The position numbers were made by a program, and so were the translations under genes. The notes beneath the pieces were generated by a model. It ran no database searches and was not told the DNA's origin. It saw only the letters and a list, made by a program, of their open reading frames with translations. A stretch of 64,000 nucleotides of DNA from Rhynchobatus australiae (taxonomy: Eukaryota), in the NCBI GenBank assembly GCA_034780895.1, contig JAUZTB010000063.1, forward strand, positions 14,997,485 through 15,061,484, written 5' to 3'. This document shows positions 8,780-22,778 of this stretch, piece after piece (within the stretch, counting starts at the first letter, position 1; every line of letters begins with the position of its first letter).

Positions 8780-10730
8780 AGTACCACAGCCACCTTTCAT
8801 TATCTTCACTGCGGCACAGTGGTGTGCCATCTACAAAATTCTGTACAGATAGTTGCCTAGGCTACTCCATCAGCACCTTTTAAACTTGCCAACCTCTGCC
8901 ACNNNAAAGAAGGGCAAGAATAGCAGGTGCATGGGAATACCATCACTGTAGGTTCTCCACGTTGTGCACCATCCTTAGAAATGTATGGATGTTCTTTCTT
9001 TGTAACTGAGTTTAAATCCTGGAACTCGCTATCAAAAAGTACTGTAGGAATATCTTCACCTGAAGGCTGCTCAGCATCATCTCATCATCATCAAGAGCAA
9101 TTAAAGTTGGGCAATAAATGCTCCATGAGCCTCTCCATCCTCAGTAATGAGAGAACTCAGGATGAGTGTAAAAGGTAAGGCATTTGCATTCATCATCACA
9201 GAAGCATCAAGTAATCTACTCAGACTTCTTCTGAAATCCCCACCATCAGCCTGTCTGCAATGAATTTGATTTCTTTCAAGTGACTAGGAATGGACTGAGT
9301 GCCTCAGGCAATGGCATGAGATAGCATTGCATTTGTATTAAAGGTGTATTCTAGAAGTAGCCATGGTTCCAGCCAAGTTGTTTCAGTCTAACTACAAAAT
9401 GGGTATCTTTACAATAATATGGAAAATTGCCTCTTCACAAAAAGTACAGAAAATAAATCCAACTATTTGCCATCCCATCAGTCTAATTTGAATCATCGAC
9501 ATTGTTGTGGAAGGTGAGATTGACAGTGCAGTTAAGCAGTACTTACTCACTGTCAACTTCAGATATTCAACTTGTATTCTGCCATGTTTACTTGACTCCA
9601 CATTTCATTACAGTTTTGGCCCAAATGCAAAAGTGATGTGTTCCGGATCTGAGGTCATTAAAGTAGTTTTTGATCAAATGCTGCATCAAGGAGCCATGGT
9701 AAAATTGTTGTTGGGCATTGAGAAGAAAGCTCCAAACTGGCTGGTATCCTATCTTGTACAAAGGAAGATTGTTGTTCCTTTTAAAGATCAAGCATCCCAA
9801 ACCCAGTAAAATGCTGCAATTGTTCCTCAAGGCAGTGTCTTGGTCACAACTATCTTCAGTTGCATTTCTCCTCACTGTAAGAGTGGAGATATTTGCTAAT
9901 TATATGGCTTACAGTTCCTTTTACAGTATCTCAGATAATGAAATTCATGTTTGCATGTAACAAGACCTGAATTACATTCAGATATGAATGTTGAATGAAA
10001 AAAAATCATCTCCAACAAGTGGATCCTGGAAAGCATAGAAAGATGGTAGTATTGTTTTGTTGATTATCATTGTTGACATTTGTATAGTGTGAATATTACA
10101 GATTATTTTTTCATTCAACATTCACGTTTGAATATAATTTAGGCCTTGCAACACAAGTCAAATCTCTTACCATCAGTATCCTGAAACCAGAAATTTAACT
10201 GTATGAAACACATACTGTGTCTATAAGAGAAGATCAGTGACTCAGTACCTGATTTCTCAAAACCTTTCCATCACGTGAGGTAGAAATCAGTAGCGTGATG
10301 AAATACCCTCCACTTAAATGGCTGCATGCTGTTCCAATAACACTTAAGAAGCTAAAGATCAGCCAGGACTAAGCACAATGTTTGATTGGCACCCTGTCCT
10401 CTNNNNNNNNNNNNNNNNNNNNNNNNNNTATAGAGGACTCTAGTTGCAGCATGGTCTAGAAGGATCACTGCAGGAACTTGCCCAAGCTTTTTGACTATAT
10501 CTGAAATCATGACAACCCAGAAGATGAGGAGAGCACCATCGTCTCATCGAGATTTCTTCATTCAATCCTATTGGACTAGAATTCTGGAAACTATTATCTC
10601 ACAGCACAATTTGAATGGTTTCATCTCGAGGACCATGGCAGTTCAACAATGTGGTTCACCACCAAGAGCAAAGTGGAATGCATGATAAATGTAGGTCTGC
10701 TGGCAATGCCTATGTGTTGCAAATAAGAAA
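8780..10730 (+). mobile_element. Two adjacent decayed copies of a second CR1-clade LINE family (3' ends near 9130 and 10720)
   Basis: RT-like GTTCCTCAAGGCAGTGTC (VPQGSV) at ~9822. Shared 3' motifs aaatcctggaactc...gggcaataaatgc and ataaatgtaggtctgctggcaatgcc. Confidence 0.65.
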
Positions 10731-10761
10731 TAATCATTAATGTGCATTTTGAGATGGTATT

Positions 10762-11065
10762 ACGGTAAATCTCTGATAATCCACTACCTGACTGTCCAGA
10801 AATCTGGATGGTTCAGCATCTGGCTCACCAGGTGATGTTTGCCGTGCTCCCTTCCAATTCACTAGGGCCCCAGTTCCTGGGCTCTCTTCCAACTTACTGA
10901 GTTCACTGGGAAATTGATTATAAAACTGACTTCTAAAAAGAGTTAATTAGAATTGTTTGGAGGTATTAACAGGAATAATGTCCAGTGGTCTGGAAAACCT
11001 GCTAGTCCATCATGACTGAATTCCTGAATGTGCCAATTATAACTGTACTTTGTACTTTTTACTGC
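10762..11065 (+). mobile_element. Non-autonomous DNA transposon (MITE-like, pogo/Tigger-like ends), copy 1
   Basis: Begins TA|CGGTAAATCTCTGATAATCC and ends ...TTTTACTG. Internal 10797-10841 is the near-exact reverse complement of 33766-33810. Confidence 0.6.
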
Positions 11066-12994
11066 ACTTTGTCCAGGTATTGAATTATGATACGATTTAA
11101 TCCATGTAACATCTTTTCATGGAGCCTATGGGATTTGTTTTCTGAAAATCGGCCTAAGATTTGCTTGTTTCCTCTCCAGATTCTGTTCAGCTTTAGTCTT
11201 GTATGAGATGATAGCATATGCCGGTATTGCTTGTTCAGGTTATGCTTGCAACTAACTGAAGAAACTTGAATGTTGGACATTAAACAATTCATAATTTGAT
11301 TCTGCTCATGTTCTTATTGAAGAATATAAAATGACTGCAAGGAGAAATTAAAAGAATGGCCTTGTTTTCAAGAGTGAGAAGGGCAAAGTTAAAGATTACC
11401 CTTTAAATCTAGCATGACTACATTTTGTCTGATTTGTGCTTGTTGCTGATGCTGGATCTCCGAAATGCAAGGTGTTCTTCTGACAAATAGGAAATTGTTC
11501 ACATGGGATAAAGCATATAGAGTATGTTTTAAAAAGGCCTAACTAATAGTCACTTACCCATGTTGATTGCCTTGGGGGGAAAAGTGAGTCAACATTAAAG
11601 TTTTGGTGGATTTTCAGAAGTCTTTGCCCAAAATGTTGCAAATGAAAGAAGTTTTTCCCAAAAAGACCTTAACTTAGAGTAGCCTTATCCAAATCGAGCA
11701 GACTTGCCATTGTGTAAGATAGGCATGATTGATGGTTTTGGATTTGTGTTTGAAGTCTGACATCTCCTACTCCCAACTTTGGGTTGGATGAATTTATACC
11801 GAGGTAAACATAGGATGTGTTTCAGTTTTTTCAGCAGTTGTGAGCTGCCTTTTTTGGCTCCTAAGCCTGATGTTTTCATAATAGCTAGTAGCCAGGATTT
11901 TCAGTCACTGGCCTTGGTGAATGGATGGAGTTGTTTGATCAAAGATCAAACTATGTAGGCTTCTTTACCAGGTGACCAGCTTTGAAACAATTGAGATGTT
12001 ACTCGGTAAATTACTTGTGGAAGAAAAGAATTAAAAATGAGGTTGATGTGATTAGGTCAATGGTGTACAACCTTTCAGGGGAAGAGCCAACTTGACATTC
12101 CAAAATCCATTCAAGGGTGACTTATGTGAAAAATTTTCATTTTTAATCTTACTAACTTAAATGTTATTTTTGATCATGAATATGAAAAGACATACAGCAG
12201 AATTTTATTTTCTGTGCAAGATTGCTACCAAACAGCTAACTAATAATTTAAAATGCAGGGAATTCTGATTGGTTTTGTATGTTTGACAGCATAATTTTCT
12301 TGAAGTGAGTTTTACAGCCCATATCAATGGTGAAGGCTCAATAATAGTCCAAGTTTTTTGATTCAACTGACATCTCATCGTTGTGTCTGATATATTCACA
12401 GCTTTATAAAATAAATTGAATTTTAATTATTAAAACAATACAAACTTACCAGTGGCTGTTTTCTCAGAAGCACAGTGACTTGTTCCTCTGCTTCTGGGAG
12501 ATAATTTTGGGAATATCAAGCTTTATTTTTTATGTTGTCAGATGCATCACAGATGATTATCTTGAAGCAGTAATGCGATTATGCTTGTTTGAATTGTTGG
12601 AACTCATCATAGAAAAGGCACAATTGCAAATGAATGTACTACCCAGAAGACAAGTAAACTTCATGACTCTGTCATAGTCATGTAAACTGTTCCAAAGTAA
12701 ATCCCTCCATAAAGAGGTCAGTGTTGCTTGATGTTTGAAAAATCTCAGACAAGCTGCAGTCGCCTTTGGTTTTCGGTACAATCTTTGTAACATTGCCACA
12801 AAATCTGCTCTCTGTTTTAAGATGGGCCACACTGTTCACAACTGAGGCATATGATTCAACCTTGAAATGAATTACAAAGCTCCATAATAAAGATTGCTTA
12901 TTTTCATCAGATTCTCTATCTTCAGAAGTCTTGTGCACCGTAAAAACTAACCCTTCATCCCATCTCAGCCTATCTGTTGCTAAAGCCCACATTG

Positions 12995-13062
12995 CATAGA
13001 GTCTTAGAGAGCTACAGTACAGAAATGGGCCTTTCGGTCCCTGAGTCTGCGCCGACCATCAA
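12995..13062 (-). mobile_element. Short CR1/SINE 3'-terminal fragment
   Basis: catagagtc...tacagtacagaaatgggcctttcggtccc resembles the CR1 3' tails at 22780 and 49607. Confidence 0.6.
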
Positions 13063-14227
13063 TTGTCATCTCCAGGGGTGGCTATTCCAATGCACATTGC
13101 AGACCTTATATTCTCTCTCCTCAATATATCTGAAGCTCTAAATATCCCTGAAACATCCCTGATTATAGCAGTGTGACGAGACTTATAACTAAACTTTTAC
13201 AACTGTAACATTTTAAAAAAACTTAGTAAACTGAATTCTGGAACCAACATCAGTATTTCATGATTGTAATTCGAAATTTTGGACCTTTTTTCCGAATGAC
13301 GCTTGATATTGATGCCAGTGATGGAAAAGCAACTATTTATGTGCTCTACTGAGAGAAGAACCACTGCTATGCTTCTATATGAAGGGCAACCTGAGGTTAA
13401 TCAAAAAAACATTTTTTGCATCAATAAATCAAAAAATTAGTGAAGTGAAATTAGCAGAAGCATGGTTTAGTTTTGTGCAGATGTCTAAAAGAATTAAATG
13501 CCATCACATAGCAATAGGGTTGGCTTATGGCATGAAGTGTTCCTAGTGTAGAACAGCCTAGTGGTTCTGTTTCTTGTACCATCTAATAATTTGGCTCAAA
13601 GTTCAAATGTCATTATCCCAAGTTATGAAGCAGAGTTATGAAGGACATCCATTTGTCCATAAAGTAGTTCACTGATGCCCTTCTGGAGCAGGGACTATAC
13701 CCTTCTGGCATGTTTTTCTTTTACCACACTTGGTGATTCTAAATATCCCTTACATCTTACACCTCCCAAGAACCATTTAATGCAAATTTAAGTGTTGGTA
13801 TTGTTTTTGACAAAGCTTGTAGCATTTGTAGTGAATTGTAATTCAAAATTCCATTCATGGGTTTCATTGGATATGATAACTGTGATAGCATTTCAGCTGG
13901 GCCTTGAGAGTGGGATCTATTTCTCAAAGTCTTGTTGCATTGTTTTTATTACTGTGCTTATTTACTTCAGTCATTATCACTACTTTCTCTCTCTGCATAT
14001 CCAGTAACGGATTATGGCCCTGTTTGAGAATTCTCACCACTTGAGATATTGAACAGCAGTCTGGCTTGTGTAGGGGGTTATTTAAAATATCCCTACAAAA
14101 ATAGTCAAATTTAATTTTTTTTCTCTCACACTCCTGACTGCTGCCATAGAGGGAAGAAAACAGTTTTTGTTCTAATCGTGTGGTGTGTTGGTCCAAAGAA
14201 ATAGGTCAGTGCGGTTGCAGTGATAAC

Positions 14228-14765
14228 TGTTACGGACTAGGACTATTAGTGAGTGTTCCTTTAAGATTGTGTGTGTGTGTGGCGTGCTTACGTCAACAGA
14301 AGACAAAGAACGTCATGATGTTGTTGAAACAACCAGTCGGAGTCAGTCTGAAGGAGGGAGAGAGACAGACAGAAGAACAAGAGAGAGAGAGAGAGAGACA
14401 CACCAGCCTGCTTGTTTTCTCTATCGATGGATGAGAAACAATAACTGTGACTGTCCCTGCAATCCACGCATGGATTGTTGAGAGTAATCCAGTGGAGTTC
14501 ACTTAGTCGGTAACCTGTGGAGGAAAACAGGTAGTTGGTGTGGACGGCCACAGCACGGATGCTCTAGGGTGTGGCAGACACGNNNNNNNNNNNNNNNNNN
14601 NNNNNNNNNNNNNNNNNNNNNNNNNNNNNNNNNNNNNNNNNNNNNNNNNNNNNNNNNNNNNNNNNNNNNNNNNNNNNNNNNNTTATTATCATAAGTAGTT
14701 ATTAATAAAGTAGTTTTTAACACATACATGTCTCGGTGTGTTTCTTTTGTTGCTGGTACTTAACA
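14228..14765 (+). mobile_element. Probable solo LTR (Gypsy/ERV-like)
   Basis: Bounded by TGTTA...TAACA inverted termini, ~540 bp long, CpG-richer than its flanks, with AATAAA at ~14704 about 60 nt before the end and internal (TG)n and (GA)n. No clean TSD; contains an N-run. Confidence 0.55.
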
Positions 14766-16744
14766 ACACAGTGAGATGGAATAATTAGGCAAGAGGAGAC
14801 ATTGTGATCATGGTTACTGGCTGATGTTTAATTGCAATTACATGTCAATAAGATTATCCTTCCCACAATGAGATTAGACCCCTCTTGTCATTTATAAGAA
14901 AATAGCAGCTGCCAATTGTGATTCAAAAACTGATCGGAGTGAAACCCCATCCATATTTGGCCAACAGTTGTATTTTATGCACTTTGCGATTAGCTGAAAT
15001 AAAACGGGAAGAGACTTTTGTGGAGCAATTGCACTGAATGACTATTCATTTTCCAAAAACACAATATAGTTCTTTGCAATGGTGAATCTGTCAAAAATGC
15101 AAGCTGCTGGCCTAAGCAAGCTATGTTGCCAGCTACTATACAAGACCCTGGACTGGCATGATGTAATTGAATATAAAATTTAAAATACCTGTGAAAAATT
15201 CAGTAAAAGGAAGACAACAGTGCAGGCAGTTGAAACCTTCTTTGATCCTCATCCACATGCTGATCTGGAATCCACATAAACATTTGATTTTGGTCTGCTT
15301 TCCTCATGAGTTTTCATTTTTCCTGAAGAACTGACTGGGGAATGTTGCAGATGCAAATTTATTCTCCCATCCCTTTCGTGTCAGCATCCAGAATGTGACC
15401 ATGGGGAATGCCGCATTGAGCCCAATCTAATGCAATCCAGAGTCTCACCCGCACACAAGCAGTTGGAGCAAAACAATTTGAGATTTTATAAAAACCTTCC
15501 ATTGGTCTTTCTGAAACTATTTGTAGTTTGAAAGCGGTAGTTGTTTTTTCTCCTTTTTTAGAGGCAAAAGAAAATTGTATTTGCTGAGGGATGCATGTTC
15601 CTGCTTAATCTGCTTGGTTGATGTGGGGATTTCAACTCTTCATGTAAGTTTTCAGTGGGACAATAACTGCTTCTACGGAATAGTGGCTGCAGTGTTTGTT
15701 TGTTTGCAGATTTCTGTTGTTTTAGAGGTTTTAAGTTCTTGAAGTACAGCATGCTATGATGAGGTTCTAATTGGAACTCTGTCATAGATTACTGGGTTAA
15801 AAGGTTGTGTGTCTAATTTTCATGCTATGTGTTCTTACATTCCTTATTTTCTCCCATTCAATTGCTCTTCCAGTTTAAGTTTTGAATCTCAACTATTCCA
15901 CTGGGAAAACACTGAGCTGATTACAAGGCACAGCCCTGTTGGCATGGAGCTGCACTCCATCTCTTTCGATTTCAGCTAAAGAGCAGAATTGCTGGATATT
16001 TCCAGAATTTAGGGAGGTTCTTAATCCACAAAGTGAATAGTAGAAGAAGAAACTAAATATTTCACAAGAAATTCAGCATTATTGACAAATTGCAAAATGC
16101 AGCTGAGGTGATTGGTATGATTTTTGATTGCTAATATGTTCTTCTCCCCTGATGTCCTGAAGGCATTAACTGTGCTGTGGTACAGTTTCACAGGTATCTT
16201 CTAACCTGTCCTTGGGTGGCTATTCAGGGCACTCCAATACCAGTATTGGGCTCTGGTGGTATTATTGCAGGCAGAAGAACAGTAATCTTGTAATTAAATC
16301 CTGATTATAATTTTTTGCAAGATTCTTGTGTAACAAGGGGAATGGAGAACCCCAATCCCTGAGTAGCAGACAGAATTACTAATGGTTATATTTCCAATCA
16401 ATTTCAATGCTCTTTAGTTTGACCTTACAAACAGATATGTCATTGTCCAAGCACGATCCAGATGTTTGCATTATTTTGTTGGAATCAATGGGTAGAGTTC
16501 GGAACACAAACCTGCTGTTTTTAATCATTTGAGCCTTTTCCTCTGCTCCATCCCCCTACTCCTCCCCTTCATAGATTGCAAAAGTTATTTATCATTCCCA
16601 GCTGTGTACAGCTTATTCATTACAAATAATGTCTGAATCTTCTGAAAAGGATGACTGAGTACCTTGCAATGCTGTGCTTTAACCATGTTACTTGTTTACC
16701 TTTATTATGCCCACAATTGATTGCTAAAATCTGAGCTCAGCAAT

Positions 16745-17030
16745 AGCCTTCTAGTCAGAAATATGTGGGTTCAAACCTACTCCAGAGATTAATAGCACAA
16801 AATCCGGATGGTCTATTCAGTGCCAAATGATGTACCTCTAGAAACACATCTCCAATAGTGCATCATTAAAGAATTTAACATTCTGTGATGGTATTAAATG
16901 AGAATTGGAGAGTTTCCCTCGAGTCCTGGCCGAACAAGTGGATTAGTTTCTGAAGGAGATTAATTGGACGATCCTGTAATTACTCTTTGTGGAGAAATGA
17001 TTGTGAGGTACTTTGGATAATTCTGAGGGC
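16745..17030 (+). mobile_element. Highly decayed DeuSINE-like (SacSINE1/AmnSINE1-type) element
   Basis: gtcagaaatatgtgggttcaaacctactccagaga head with a B-box-like motif, and an internal gagtcctggcc motif. Confidence 0.5.
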
Positions 17031-17769
17031 CTAAATTTATTGAATTGACAGATATGCTGACGTGCCAAAAGATAGCTAAAGGTTATAATGTTGCACTTTT
17101 TGGTGAGGATGAGAATATTCATGGAGCTGCATACTGCTTCTATTTGTTGGTTTCCCTGTGTGCTTTTAACAAACTGGAAAGGAAATAAATCTAAAATTGT
17201 GATTTTTTTTTGCTAAGTAACAAATGCATTAATGTTCTGTGGTTAAGATTGATGCTGCTCATTATCTCCTGCTGGTACATTTGTTGAATTGCAGGTTTGG
17301 TGTTTAGAGATGTCCTCATGAAGCCGACACATTTATTTGTTTTATACATCTCGTGTCTGAAGATTTTAACTTAACCGTAAGATATTAATACATATAATTT
17401 GTTAGACAGCTTTTGATTATTGGATTTTATTCTTTGCTTGTTAGGACCTGTATATGCTATTTTTTCTATAATTCCCTGGATGATCAGATTATGTGAGTGG
17501 ATGGTATGTTTACAGGACTGCCAAGGAATTCCATTGTTAGGTTGATTAGGCACTTCTCAAGGGAGATTTTGAAAGCTGTAATATGAGCAAGTGCTGAAAG
17601 CAAATTGACAACAGATTCAGAAGCTTTGCAATATCACACACTCTTTGTCTGATACAAAATGTAAGTTGACTAATGAGATAAGTGTACTTACTTCAAATAT
17701 GAGTGTTCTGAAATGAAGATGTGTTGGAAGGTTCATGTGCTTAATATTCCCCTCTTGTTGATTTTTGAG

Positions 17770-18100
17770 TCTGACATTTGAATGAATAGGTTGTGAATTT
17801 GAGCCTCATTCCTAAGACTTGAGGACTAAATCTGAAGTGCAGTATCAAGCAGAGTCCGCACTGTCACAAATGCCATCCATCAGATGAAACAGTTTTCAAA
17901 GTTTGTGTTGAGGTCAATTTACAATTCCATTGTGTTATGGGTAAAATAATAGAGTAGTTCTCCTGGCTAACATTTATCAGCTTAACTGAAGCAGATAATA
18001 TTTATTTCAATGTTATTTTTTGACATGTTGCTATGCACAAGTTGGCTGCTATGTTGGTGAATAGACACTTTTTGGAGTGCCAAATACCTTGAATACAAGT
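17770..18100 (+). mobile_element. Decayed DeuSINE-like element
   Basis: gcactgtcacaaatgccatccatcagatgaaac, gttctcctggctaacatttatc, ttgctatgcacaagttggctgc. Confidence 0.55.
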
Positions 18101-19294
18101 AATTAAAGAATTGTACCATTTGTGCAGTACTCCCAAATTAAGAGAGAATAAAAGAATCCAAATGTATGCTGATATGCAAGTTAGAGAGACGCTTTCTTCT
18201 GTATTAACGTACTAGCAATAGTGGGTGTAGTTTTACTATTGGAATCTGATATCTCTTCCATGTACATGATTACAGTATGGTGGTATTTGAATAGTTCTTT
18301 CACTATAATTTATTCTATTGGTTTCAGTTATTTGCTCTTTGCAATCAAGTGTTGAGCAATTTAAAGTTCATCGGCGGTGGTTGATGTTTGCATATATACA
18401 TTGAGATCCATTTGGCTCTACACCCAACAGTTCCACAAAAGCTGATCTTTTCCTCCAGAAGATAAAACTGCAGGCAGTCAATGAGTTTGTTAAATGAATT
18501 TTGTAGTTTGAGGTCACTTACTGGTTTCATTGCAATAAAACTAGTCTGAGAGATCTTTTTTCCAAATTGAATATGGAATTAGAATTCCAAATAGTTTAGC
18601 AAGAGAAGTGTTTGTTATACAAATAATAGCAACTCATTTTCATGGAAAGGCCAAGGCTGGAGAATTGCCTTAATAATGTCTTAATATTTTAATTGACTTA
18701 TAATTCAGTTATGTTTAAAAATGTTGCTGTTATAGGTCTTAACCTTCTTTATGCTTCCTGCAAATGTTTCCTTACAGGGTCCCTTGAAATTTCCTTATTA
18801 TTTGTATCTATCTTTTGTCCCCATACGACCAAAGTGTCTAATAATAAAACAGGTTTTTGGGGCACTTTTGCCTTCCTTTGCCTGATTATCTCAAAGGGTT
18901 AAACATAATCAATATTATGTCCTTTTAGTACCCCTTATTTCCAAGATCAAGCACACAGATTTCTGTTGCAGAATAATTATAGTTCATGGTTTATATTTTT
19001 TTTAAAAACTTGTTCTATCACAGTATCACCATTTTATGTTCCCATTCATTCCAGCTTTTCATCTTGAAGACAAAAAGTTACTGTTCGATAGATAGACACG
19101 TGCAATTTTTTATGCTCTTGGTCATTGTAAACAAAATAGCAGCATTGCAAATGCCTTCCTGCCTGATACAGAAATGTTATCTTTAATTATCTTTAGACCA
19201 TGGCACATTGTATACAATAACATTTTTTTCAGCCTTCATGTAAGCTTTCCTAGTCTAATTTTTTGAACTTAAAAGGTTTCTTGTTTGGTTCATG

Positions 19295-20585
19295 CCAGCA
19301 ATATGGCCATAGCTGGCAAGATAGCACCTAATGGCCATGCCTAATTACCTCCAGAGGTGTTAGTGAGCTGCTTTTGTTTTGTAGTGACAGTGCTCCCATA
19401 ATACAATGGGATAAGGATTTCCTGCATTTTGACTCCGTGGTGATGAAAGAACTAGGATGTATTTCCAAATCAGGATGTTATGTAATGAAATCAGGATGTT
19501 ATTCAAGTGTTCAAGGGGAATTTGCATGAGCTAATGATTGAATTGGACCTTCTGCCCTTGTCCTGGCGGGTCAATGTCTCTGGTTTAAGAGATTATGTTG
19601 ATGAAGACATGGTCTGTTGTTGTAATGCGTTTTGTTGATTGTGCATGCTAATACCATGGTGAAGGGAATAGATGGTGGATTGGGTGATTTAAAGTTTCCT
19701 GGGGTGGTTGGAGATGCCAGCCAAATGGAGAATATTCCATCATGCTTTTGATTTGTGCCTTATTGCTTGCAGCAAAATACTTGGTGTCTTGGCTTCTGGA
19801 CCACCCTTTTATTTATATGCCTTTCCTATTAAGTTTTAGATCAGTTGTGAGCATTCTGGGGAGAGGGATATTTTGGGTGGTAATATTATTGAATATAAAG
19901 GAGATGACTTGAGTTACTCATTGGAGGTAGCCATATAATCATCAGTGAATATTTCTACCTCTTACCTTCTGCTGGAGGGTAGGTCATGATGTAGCTAGTA
20001 TGCTGCCCTGTCAAACTCCTATTGAAATGACCTAGAACTTAGATGATAGGCCTTCCACAATCATCAGCCCTTCTGATAGTTCTGACATAAGCAAGTGGAA
20101 GGTTTTTCCCTCGACTCAACTTGACTTCCATTTTACATGAAGTCCTTGATCTTATACTTGTTCAATCAAATGCAACCTTGATGTCAAGGCCAATTATGAC
20201 CATCTCTGGAACTCAGCCCTTTCATCCATATTTAGACAAAAATGGAAATAAGGTCTGGAACTGAGTTGCTTTGGAAGAATCCAAATTGAATATCAGTGAG
20301 TAGTTTGTTGGTGATCAAGTGTGGCTTGATAGCGCTGTCAACAACAATTTCACTCACTTTCAGGATTGAAAATTGGCTAATATGTGGAAATTGGCTAGAT
20401 TGGATGCGTCCTGCTTTTTGTGGATGAGACGTATTTCCTGCAGTGCTAGATAGATTCATTGCTTTAGCTGTATTGGAAACAGAGGCCAGATTTTGTCAGG
20501 GCCCATCACTGTTTCTTTATCCAAACCAGTCAGCCATTTCTTTGTTTCACATGGAATGAATTAACCTAGCTTCTGTGATGGTGAG
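19295..20585 (-). mobile_element. Decayed CR1-clade LINE (same family as 8780-10730)
   Basis: ORF 20232-20459 ends ..HLITNKLLTDIQFGFFQSNSVPDLI (RT QFGF motif). gcaaccttgatgtcaagg is LDIKxAF in reverse. Confidence 0.75.
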
Positions 20586-20989
20586 GACATTCAAAAAGAG
20601 ATCAAAATTTATAGCACAGCTATTTTACAGTTTTCAGGAGATGACTTGAAGTTTGCATGAATAAATCTGATGTCCTTATTGTAAAGTTTGATCTTCAGGC
20701 ATGTGAAAAGGCTGTGACATAAGAAGTGTATTTATCATATGGATAACAGCCTTCCAGAAGGGTGACTGTTAATATAGTTGACGTATATACCGAAAGGGGA
20801 TATGGTGGATTAGTTTTGAGCAGTGTTTGTTATGTGAAATACAGGGCAAGTAGAATACTATTCATTTCTTCAAGTCAAGTAGAATTGGTCTATTATCGTG
20901 CACCTTTGGCATGTAGATTTTTCTCTGCTGAAGGAACGTCTGGAGATTTTCCAGGACTGTAATACCTGACCTTGCATCTGAATTTTTGT

Positions 20990-21475
20990 GAAAGCAAAGT
21001 GCTGTGGAAGCTAAAAGTCTGAAATGAAACAGAAAGTGTTAAAGTTATTCATCAAATTACATTGTTCCACATTGCAGAAACCAAGTGCAGATTGGCTTTG
21101 TGGAATATTTTTGAACAGTCTGCAAGTGTGACGTTGAAGGTGGTAATGAAGGTTCAACAATTTTGGGCGATTCTGCTAATCCCTATTACACTACCTCTAG
21201 GTCAATCTTTTTCTTTGTTTTGCTTGTTCCTGTAAACATCATCCCTTTGGTCATTTACCCTTGCATCCTAGTCCTGCTTATTTCCCTTTTGCTCTTTTCT
21301 GTCCTTCCCTCAGTTTTCCTGTATCTGTAAGGGTTTAAAACCCATTAAATCTCTAATGTTTGCAAATTCTGATGAAAGGTTATTGACCTGTAATGCAAAG
21401 TACATTTTTGTCTCTCCACACATTTTGCTACTCTGATTATTTTCATTTTTTTATTGTTTTTATCCCAGATTTTTT
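20990..21475. mobile_element. Decayed Penelope-associated element with inverted ends
   Basis: The left end tctgaaatgaaacagaaagtg and right end gacctg...tttgtctctccaca...tttttatcccagattt resemble the palindromic element at 58059-58220. Similar remnants lie at ~28210-28390, 28500-28610 and 30815-30915. Confidence 0.5.
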
Positions 21476-22778
21476 TTTGTGAAGTTGCTATTGTGAACAT
21501 GCTTCCAAAATCACTTTGCAGTGGTATGGATGAGTATGATCTCATGCCGGTGACTTTTTTTTATAATATTGATGGATAGATATTGCCATGAAACGTTTTA
21601 TAGCTCTACATAGAGAGGCAGTCTCATTGAATGGATTTATGTTTATGCTGAAAACAGCCTAAAGTAAAACGACTATCCAGAGAATGTGGCTGTCATGTCT
21701 AATTTTCAATAATTGAATATTGAATTTGGGAAGTTGCAGTTACTAACCCTATTTGTACTTGATGGATTTTATAAATATTTAACTTTGTGCAATTGTGAAG
21801 TTTGGTGGAAGATTATCAATAATATGCTAGTTCTTTTTATTGACACACACACTATCTGCACCTTGGAAAATTGGCAATGCACATTGTTTTTTTCTTTCAA
21901 TCAATATTGTGGCATGTGATTAAGAATTTGCATCTGAGGAAGTTTTTCAATTTTTAACATGACCAGTATTTTACTCAAAGAATGCCAGAATTGCTAAAGC
22001 TTTTAATACATGAAAGTTTACAGTAGAACATCAGTAAAATTACTTAGCAAATTTGCATGTATGTTTCTTTTACTGGGGCGGGTGAGGTGATGCGGGCACA
22101 GCATGGAAAGTGATGCATTCAAGCAATAAGATTAATGGATAAAGATCAAAGAGATATGATCATGTTATACCTGTAACTCACCCAATTTTTTTCCATCTCT
22201 TAGGCCATGTATCTGTGTATGTCAGAAGAGATATTAGCATGCAGCCATGCAGAACTGTAATGAGAACAATTAAAAAATTGATGGATCATTGCAACATCTA
22301 GTGTGAAACTAGATTAAAGATAAGTGGAAAGCAAAGCATGAAAACTGGCTGAGCAGAATGGCTACTATGGTTCTAACATTAAGTAGAAGCTGAAAAAACA
22401 GTTGACATCAGGAATGCAGACCACCTCACCAGCACAGCCCTCAGACCAAAGGTCTCACTTCAGTATATCAATGTTATTATCTGTTTGCTTATAACTAGGT
22501 AATTACCTTGTGTAAAAATGAAAAATGCTAGAAACAGCAGGTTAGGAAGCATTGGCGGTAATTGCTTGACCTTGTTTCTCACTTGTTTCTGAGGTCAAGG
22601 AAACTGACAATGTCATTATCAACCCCACGAATACATCTTTGAATTTCTCCCACCAAGATGCTGAGAACAATTCATAGCTGATAAGGGGTAGATTATGTTA
22701 ACTGTAAATCGAGTCTTGCATTACTGTCCTTAGTGATTACAGCATTCATATTATTGACCTTTCCTCAAAGAAGTGTTC

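Noticed and set aside
11933-11951. Small perfect stems (GTTTGATC-AAA-GATCAAAC; also ~754-774 and ~16225-16255) and 10-15-bp tandem duplications (~13620, ~19468, ~36125, ~48686)
   Set aside because: Short enough to be expected by chance or ordinary slippage in 64 kb.
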